Both the position numbers and the translations under genes were made by a program. A DNA stretch of 64,000 bases from an uncultured Pseudomonadota bacterium (GTDB lineage: Bacteria; Pseudomonadota; Gammaproteobacteria; Xanthomonadales; Rhodanobacteraceae), in assembly GCA_963828685.1 (NCBI GenBank), contig CAWHFU010000011.1:45893-109892 (forward strand), given 5' to 3'. Below the pieces are notes generated by a model that saw only the letters and a list, made by a program, of their open reading frames with translations, was not told the DNA's origin and made no database searches. Numbering within the stretch: the stretch's first letter is position 1; each line of letters begins with the position of its first letter. Shown one piece after another: positions 58,452 through 64,000 of the stretch.

Positions 58452-60359
58452 ATGCTCAAGAACTTGCGTCGCAAGTCGCTCGCCGCCTCCCTGGCACTGC
58501 TGCTTTGTGGTTTCACCACGGTCAGCTTCGCCGACGGCGGCTCGACTCCCGCCGATCTCGGGGCCAGCAATCCGAACCAGACCGTGGATGTCACGCTGGT
58601 GCTCGGACTGCACGACCAGCATTCGCTGGAGCAATACATCTACGGCACGGTCACGCGGGGCAGTCCCGATTTCCACCGCTTTCTCACCACCGCACAGTTC
58701 GCCCATCGCTACGGCGCCACGGCCGCAGAGATCTCCAGCGTCCAGGCGTTCCTGAAGCAGCAGGGACTCCATCAGGTCGAGCTGCTGCCGAACCATCTGG
58801 CGATCAAGGTCCGCGGCACGATCGGACAGTTCAACGCGGCATTCCATACCTCCATCCACGATTACCAGACCAGCGATGGATCGACCTTCCATCGACCGAA
58901 CGTGACGCCGATCGTCCCCGCCGCGCTCTCGGGCACGCTCGTGGTGGCCTCGGGCCTGAACAGCCAGGCACGCTATCGCTCGCATCGGGTCAGCGCGGTG
59001 TTCCCGCCGCAGCCGGCAGTCCAGGCGAACGCCCTGGCCAGAAGTGCGACCCCGGCCGCGCCTCCCTGCACCGGCAATCCCACCGCCACCTGCACGCCCG
59101 GCGAATACACCGTCGGCGACGTGGCCAATCGCTACAACATCAACCCACTGTATCGGCGCGGCGTCAACGGCAAGGGCTCGACTATCGGCATCGCGACGCT
59201 GGCGAATTTCCTGCCCATCGATGCCTACACCTACTGGCACGCGATCGGGCTGCCGGTGAAATCCAACCGCATCAAGCAGGTTCATGTCGACGGCGGTGGA
59301 CCGCTGAGCGGTTCCGCGGGCTCGGGCGAGACCTCGCTCGACGTCGAGCAGTCCGGCGGCCTGGCACCGTGGGCCGAGATCATCGTCTACGACGCACCCA
59401 ATACCGACGCCGGCTTCTTCGATGTCTTCAATCAGGCGGTATCCGACAACAAGGTCGACAGCCTGTCGGTGAGCTGGGGTTCGCCGGAAATCTATTATCT
59501 GCCGCAACTCAATGGCGGCGTCGACTACACCGACGAACTACGCGCCTTCCACCAGGTCTTCCTGGAGGCGGCAGCGCAGGGTATCTCGATGTTCGCTACC
59601 TCGGGGGACTCCGGTGCCTACGACACCGTGCGCGGACTGGGCGGCTCGCTCACCGACCCGGTGCCACCGCCGCTCACCGCCGACGCCCCGGGATCCGATC
59701 CCTTCATCACCACCGCGGGCGGCACCACCGTGCCGTTCTCCTTCAGTTTCAGTGGCGGGCCGACGGCCTCGCTCAGCAGGGAAAGCGTCTGGGGCTGGGA
59801 TTACATCTCGCAGTACTTCCAGAACAATTTCGGCGTGGATATCACGAATCAGGTGTTCTCGGTCGGCGGCGGTGGCGGCGTGAGCGTGATCTGGCCGTTG
59901 CCGCTGTACCAGCGGTTCACTTCCGGGATTCGCAAGAGCGAAGCGAACCAGACCCTGTTCCTGCCGCAATATGGCATCAACTACACGCTGCCGGCCCACT
60001 ATCTCGGCCGCAACGAGCCGGACATTTCGCTGAACGCGGATCCGGAAACCGGCTACAGCCTGGTCTCGTCGCTGGACGGCCCGGGCCTGCAGACATTCTA
60101 CGGCGGCACCAGCTTCGTCGCCCCGCAGCTCAATGGCATCAGCGCCCTGCTGCGACAGTCGACGCACGGTCGGCTCGGTCTGTGGAACCCGCAGGTCTAT
60201 GCATTGCAGAACATCTTCGGCTACGGCCCGTTCTCGTCCTTCGATGACATTCGCGCGGGTGACAACTGGTTCTACCAAGGCAAGCACGGGTACGAGCCGG
60301 GCGCCGGCATCGGCACACTCGACGTGAGCAATCTGGCGGTATTCCTCAACGTGTTCTGA
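58452..60359 (+). CDS. Secreted S53 sedolisin-family peptidase, paralogue 1
   Basis: GGAGA lies 6 nt upstream of the ATG at 58452. Signal peptide, pro-kumamolisin domain (FLTTAQFAHRYGATAAEISSVQAFLKQQGL), GETSLDVEQSGGLAP, SGDSGAYD and GGTSFVAPQLNG. Confidence 0.85.
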   Translation: MLKNLRRKSLAASLALLLCGFTTVSFADGGSTPADLGASNPNQTVDVTLVLGLHDQHSLEQYIYGTVTRGSPDFHRFLTTAQFAHRYGATAAEISSVQAFLKQQGLHQVELLPNHLAIKVRGTIGQFNAAFHTSIHDYQTSDGSTFHRPNVTPIVPAALSGTLVVASGLNSQARYRSHRVSAVFPPQPAVQANALARSATPAAPPCTGNPTATCTPGEYTVGDVANRYNINPLYRRGVNGKGSTIGIATLANFLPIDAYTYWHAIGLPVKSNRIKQVHVDGGGPLSGSAGSGETSLDVEQSGGLAPWAEIIVYDAPNTDAGFFDVFNQAVSDNKVDSLSVSWGSPEIYYLPQLNGGVDYTDELRAFHQVFLEAAAQGISMFATSGDSGAYDTVRGLGGSLTDPVPPPLTADAPGSDPFITTAGGTTVPFSFSFSGGPTASLSRESVWGWDYISQYFQNNFGVDITNQVFSVGGGGGVSVIWPLPLYQRFTSGIRKSEANQTLFLPQYGINYTLPAHYLGRNEPDISLNADPETGYSLVSSLDGPGLQTFYGGTSFVAPQLNGISALLRQSTHGRLGLWNPQVYALQNIFGYGPFSSFDDIRAGDNWFYQGKHGYEPGAGIGTLDVSNLAVFLNVF

Positions 60360-60770
60360 CTCCCCTTCCAGGGGCCTGCCCGACAGAAAGCCGACGCCGC
60401 AAGGCGCCGGCCTTCTGCTTGTTGCCACACCCGAAACCCATGCGCGACATGCATGTCTCGCCCGATCCGCACTGAATGACCGCATGCATCATCGCGCGGC
60501 GCCCGCCGGAAACGCGGCTGGTCGCAGGTCTTGCTAGGAATCTTTCCTAGCACGCAAACCTTTCAACCGTGTGCGCTGGCGTGCAAGACTCGGTCGGGGT
60601 CATGCGCTGCCGGGGGGCAGCGCTACCGCCGTAGATAACTACGGCTCCAATTCTGCTCTTGATGACGTGCTTCACGGCCTGACCGGAAGCGGGCTGGCCG
60701 TGCCTTGGCCATTCATCGGCACGACATTCGCTGCCCGGCAGAAATTCTGACAACTCGGAGGTTTAAATTC

Positions 60771-62699
60771 ATGCACGCAAAGCTTCATCGCAAGGCATTG
60801 GCAGCATCACTGACGCTGCTGTTCGCCGGATTCACCACCGTCGCCATGGCGAACGGTCAGCAAGCGGCAACCGACATGGGCCTGGCGCCGGCGGCCCAGC
60901 CGATCCACGTCACGCTGATGCTCAAGCTGCACAATCAGATGGCCCTGGAGAGGTTCATCCAGCAAACCACCACCCAGGGCAGCCCGAATTTCCGGAAGTT
61001 CCTCAGCACCGATCAGTTCGCCAGGACGTACGGTGCCACCGATGCCGAAATCGCCCACGTCCAGGCCTTCCTGAAAGCCCAGGGGATCGACGGCAAGATC
61101 ATGGCCAACCATCTGGCCATCCAGACCAGTGGCACGATGAGCCAGTTCAGTCACATGTTCCAGACGTCCATCCATGAATACGCCTCGCCGAAAACGGGGC
61201 GGCGCTTCCATCGACCCGCCGGATCGCTGCTGCTGCCCGCGGCCATCGCCAACACGGTGGCGTTCGCCACGGGTTTGAGCAACGAACGCCAGTACCTTTC
61301 GCATCGCATCAGTGCGCCCCGGCTTCCCGGCAGCCAGGTGAAGCTGGCAGCGGCAGTCGGCACCTTGAGCACCAGCGCCAAGGCCGGCGGCAACCCCTCC
61401 GCCAGCGGCCAGCCGGGCAATTACACGGTGGGCGACGTGGCGGATTTCTACAACATCAACCCGCTGTACAAGCATGGCGTGACAGGCGAAGGCTCGACCA
61501 TCGGCATTGTCACCCTCTCGAACTTCTACCCCGCCGATGCCCAGACCTACTGGGACGCGATCGGCCTGACCACGAAGCCCGACCGGATCACCCAGATCCA
61601 CGTCGATGGTGGTGCGGCCTTCGATGGCGGCAGCGGCGAGACCGCGCTCGACGTGGAGCAGTCCGGTGGCATCGCGCCGTCCGCCGACATCCTGGTATAC
61701 GACGCGCCCAATGCGGGCAACGGATTCACCGACGCTTTCCTGCAGGCCGTGGCGGACAATCGGGCCGACAGCATTTCCACCAGCTGGGGCCTGCCGGAAA
61801 TCTTCAACTTCGCCGCACTGAATGTCGCCGGCGCCAGCAACAACGACACCAGCGACGCCGGTGACCTGCGGGCATTCGACCAGATCTTCATGGAAGCCGC
61901 CGCCCAGGGCCAGTCGGTGTTTGTCGCCTCGGGCGACTCCGGCGCCTACGACACCGCCCGAAGCCTCGGCGCGGGCAACGGCCCCGGCGAATTCAGCGCC
62001 CCGTTGACGGTGGACTCGCCGGCATCCGACCCGTACGTGACGGCGGCGGGAGGCACCACCCGGCCCTTCAGCTACAGTTTCGGCGCGGGCAATCCCACCG
62101 CATCGATCGACAAGGAAAGCGTCTGGGGCTGGGGTTATCTGCAGAGCTATTTCGACACCAACTTCGGCCCCGGTGCGGTCGACCTGTTCTCGGTCGGCGG
62201 CGGTGGCGGGGTGAGCGTCTACTGGAGGCAGCCCTGGTATCAGCGGATCACCTGGGGTACCCGGCGCAGCGAGAAAAAACAGTCGCTGGTCTATAACGAC
62301 CCGCAGGCCGGTCCCACCACCTTGCTGAAGCTGCCCGGCAATTTCCGCGGCAGGAATGTGCCGGATATCTCGCTCAATGCCGATCCGGAGACCGGCTATC
62401 TGGTGTATTCCAGCACGGATGGCGGCTGGGGCAGTTCAGGCGGCACCAGCTTCGTGGCGCCGCAGCTCAATGGCGTCAGCGCGCTGCTCACGCAGAGTTC
62501 CCGGCACCGCATCGGCTTCTGGAACCCGCACGTGTATCTGCTGCACGCGATCTTCGGCTCGGGCCGGTATACCGCGTTCCACGACATCCGGGCCGGTGAC
62601 GACTGGTTCTACGACGGCAAACCGGGCTATGACCCGGGTGCGGGCATCGGCACGCTGAACGTGGCCAACTTCGACCTGTTCCTGCGCAGCGGCTTCTGA
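60771..62699 (+). CDS. Secreted S53 sedolisin-family peptidase, paralogue 2
   Basis: GGAGG lies 9 nt upstream of the ATG at 60771. Same architecture and motifs as paralogue 1 (GETALDVEQSGGIAP, SGDSGAYD, GGTSFVAPQLNG). Confidence 0.85.
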   Translation: MHAKLHRKALAASLTLLFAGFTTVAMANGQQAATDMGLAPAAQPIHVTLMLKLHNQMALERFIQQTTTQGSPNFRKFLSTDQFARTYGATDAEIAHVQAFLKAQGIDGKIMANHLAIQTSGTMSQFSHMFQTSIHEYASPKTGRRFHRPAGSLLLPAAIANTVAFATGLSNERQYLSHRISAPRLPGSQVKLAAAVGTLSTSAKAGGNPSASGQPGNYTVGDVADFYNINPLYKHGVTGEGSTIGIVTLSNFYPADAQTYWDAIGLTTKPDRITQIHVDGGAAFDGGSGETALDVEQSGGIAPSADILVYDAPNAGNGFTDAFLQAVADNRADSISTSWGLPEIFNFAALNVAGASNNDTSDAGDLRAFDQIFMEAAAQGQSVFVASGDSGAYDTARSLGAGNGPGEFSAPLTVDSPASDPYVTAAGGTTRPFSYSFGAGNPTASIDKESVWGWGYLQSYFDTNFGPGAVDLFSVGGGGGVSVYWRQPWYQRITWGTRRSEKKQSLVYNDPQAGPTTLLKLPGNFRGRNVPDISLNADPETGYLVYSSTDGGWGSSGGTSFVAPQLNGVSALLTQSSRHRIGFWNPHVYLLHAIFGSGRYTAFHDIRAGDDWFYDGKPGYDPGAGIGTLNVANFDLFLRSGF

Positions 62700-62705
62700 G
62701 ATACC

Positions 62706-62736
62706 GCAGCCACCCGGGCCTGGCCCGGGTGGCTGC
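62706..62736 (+). terminator. Hairpin after sedolisin paralogue 2
   Basis: gcagccacccggg-cctgg-cccgggtggctgc (13-bp stem). The T-tract is weak. Confidence 0.45.
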
Positions 62737-62796
62737 ATGCTTGCGGAGAACACGCCGCAATGCGATGTTCCGCGAGTCCCGACTCAGGTTCTCGCC

Positions 62797-63678
62797 ATGT
62801 CAAACGCCCGCCGTTTTCTGCAGCTCGACGTGTTCTCGCGGCAATTGATGCACGGCAATCCGCTGGCCGTCGTGGTGGATGGCGAGGGCCTCGACAGCAG
62901 CACCATGCAGGCCTTTGCCCGCTGGACCAACCTCTCCGAAACAGCCTTTCTGCTGCCGCCGACGCAGGTGTCTGCGGATTACCGTGTGCGAATCTTCACT
63001 CCGCGACAGGAGCTGCCGTTCGCCGGCCATCCGAGCGTGGGCAGCGCATACGCGGCGATCGAGTCCGGGCTGATCGACACGAACAGGACGGCACTGATCC
63101 AGGAATGCGCAGCCGGCCTGCTGCCGGTAAGGGTTGTCGGAAACGGGCCCTCTCGCATCATCCACGTACAGGCGCCGCCGGCGCGCATCGAGGCGTTGGA
63201 CGACGCGCTGCGCAGCCAGCTAGCCGCCGCGTTGCAGGTCCGCTTGACGCACGAGCAGATATGCGGCGTTGACAACGGCCCGCGTTGGATTCTGTGCAAT
63301 CTGGAACGAGCCGACGTGGTGCGCAGCCTGATTCCGGAGATGGCCGCCGTCGCGGCACTCTGCGTCGAGCATGCGGCGATCGGTGTCAGCGTGTTCGGAC
63401 GGGAATCCGCGGGCGACGCGGCCATGGCCGTGCGCGCGTTCTGCCCGGCCGACGGCATTCCGGAAGATCCCGTCACCGGCAGCGCCAACGCGGCGATCAT
63501 GGCATGGCTGGGCGAACGCCGCGATCGCGATGGTTACGGCATGCGCTACCGCGCCAGCCAAGGACGCGAAGTGGGGCGCAACGGCCACGTGGAAGTGGGG
63601 TTCGACCCGGACAACGGCGCGATCACCATCGGAGGCGCCTGCACGATGGGGGTTCGTGGCGAACTGACGTTCGGTTGA
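62797..63678 (+). CDS. PhzF family isomerase
   Basis: FLQLDVFSRQLMHGNPLAVVVDGEGL...WTNLSETAFLLPP...RIFTPRQELPFAGHPSVGS...PEDPVTGSANAAI. Confidence 0.85.
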   Translation: MSNARRFLQLDVFSRQLMHGNPLAVVVDGEGLDSSTMQAFARWTNLSETAFLLPPTQVSADYRVRIFTPRQELPFAGHPSVGSAYAAIESGLIDTNRTALIQECAAGLLPVRVVGNGPSRIIHVQAPPARIEALDDALRSQLAAALQVRLTHEQICGVDNGPRWILCNLERADVVRSLIPEMAAVAALCVEHAAIGVSVFGRESAGDAAMAVRAFCPADGIPEDPVTGSANAAIMAWLGERRDRDGYGMRYRASQGREVGRNGHVEVGFDPDNGAITIGGACTMGVRGELTFG

Positions 63679-63698
63679 CATGGCTCACCAAAAAACGG

Positions 63699-63723
63699 CA
63701 ACGGCCGCACGAGGCGGCCGTTG
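63699..63723 (-). terminator. Rho-independent terminator of the downstream minus-strand OMP gene
   Basis: caacggccgc-acgag-gcggccgttg. On the minus strand it is followed by TTTTT (aaaaa at 63691-63695). Confidence 0.6.
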
Positions 63724-63746
63724 CATCACCACTTCCCGGGCAACAC

Positions 63747-64000
63747 TCAGAAGCGGAATTCGGCAAAACCGGAAAGCGAGCTCACGCCCTCCTTCGCCTT
63801 CGTTCCATATAAAGTCGCGCGGCCGTGGTACTCATCGAAATTCACGCCCAGGCTGAAATTCGGCGTGATGTCGTAACCGACGCCGACGCCGCTGTAGGCA
63901 CCATCGCCACTGAAGCTCTGCGAGCCGATACCGGCGATGTTCGCATCGAAAGTCGAGCGGAACCAGCCTGCGCGTACCGACACGAACAGCTTGTTGCTGA
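63747..64000 (-). CDS. Outer-membrane beta-barrel protein, C-terminal part (gene continues beyond the window)
   Basis: Alternating hydrophobic beta-strand pattern ending in the OMP signature ...GFAEFRF with a terminal Phe. Confidence 0.6.
   Translation of the reverse strand, partial: SNKLFVSVRAGWFRSTFDANIAGIGSQSFSGDGAYSGVGVGYDITPNFSLGVNFDEYHGRATLYGTKAKEGVSSLSGFAEFRF

Noticed and set aside
56286-59507. 1073-aa minus-strand ORF as one giant protein.
   Set aside because: Only the central segment (58127 down to about 57175) is the FumA N-terminal domain. The part above 58127 is antisense to sedolisin paralogue 1. The part below 57170 is out-of-frame read-through of the fumA C-terminal domain.

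Overview
High-G+C gammaproteobacterial chromosome. Gene content points to Xanthomonadales/Lysobacterales: a murD2-murL pair, a fused lysC-lysA, a Pil-Chp cluster without pilK, and GGGGAGAGG-type REP elements. The core is housekeeping and strongly syntenic with the Pseudomonas pilG/pilT neighbourhood. It runs pilG-pilH-pilI-pilJ-chpA-chpB-chpC, then gshB-tonB-yqgE-ruvX-pyrB, pilT-pilU, proC-yggT, plus mazG, cysQ, nudE, bioA, rsmE, pdxH, aroK-aroB, lysC/lysA and fumA. The accessory part lies at about 42.1-50.3 kb. A Phd/AbrB-Doc toxin-antitoxin cassette sits inside a duplicated 3' end of an M13 peptidase gene. It is followed by a visibly lower-G+C island with no integrase or tRNA. That island carries a roughly 1000-aa S53 sedolisin fused to an FG-GAP propeller, several orphan genes, and a roughly 380-bp array of degenerate 21/63-bp hairpin repeats. 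Two more S53 sedolisins sit in tandem at 58.4-62.7 kb. A 67-bp REP-like element occurs as an inverted pair, one copy in frame inside murL. Three conserved genes (chpA, a BON-domain gene, fumA) each have a 3n+1 length and a local frame break. I cannot tell real pseudogenes from assembly indels using the sequence alone. All calls come from reading the translations and the sequence by eye. No database search was run and no statistics were computed.
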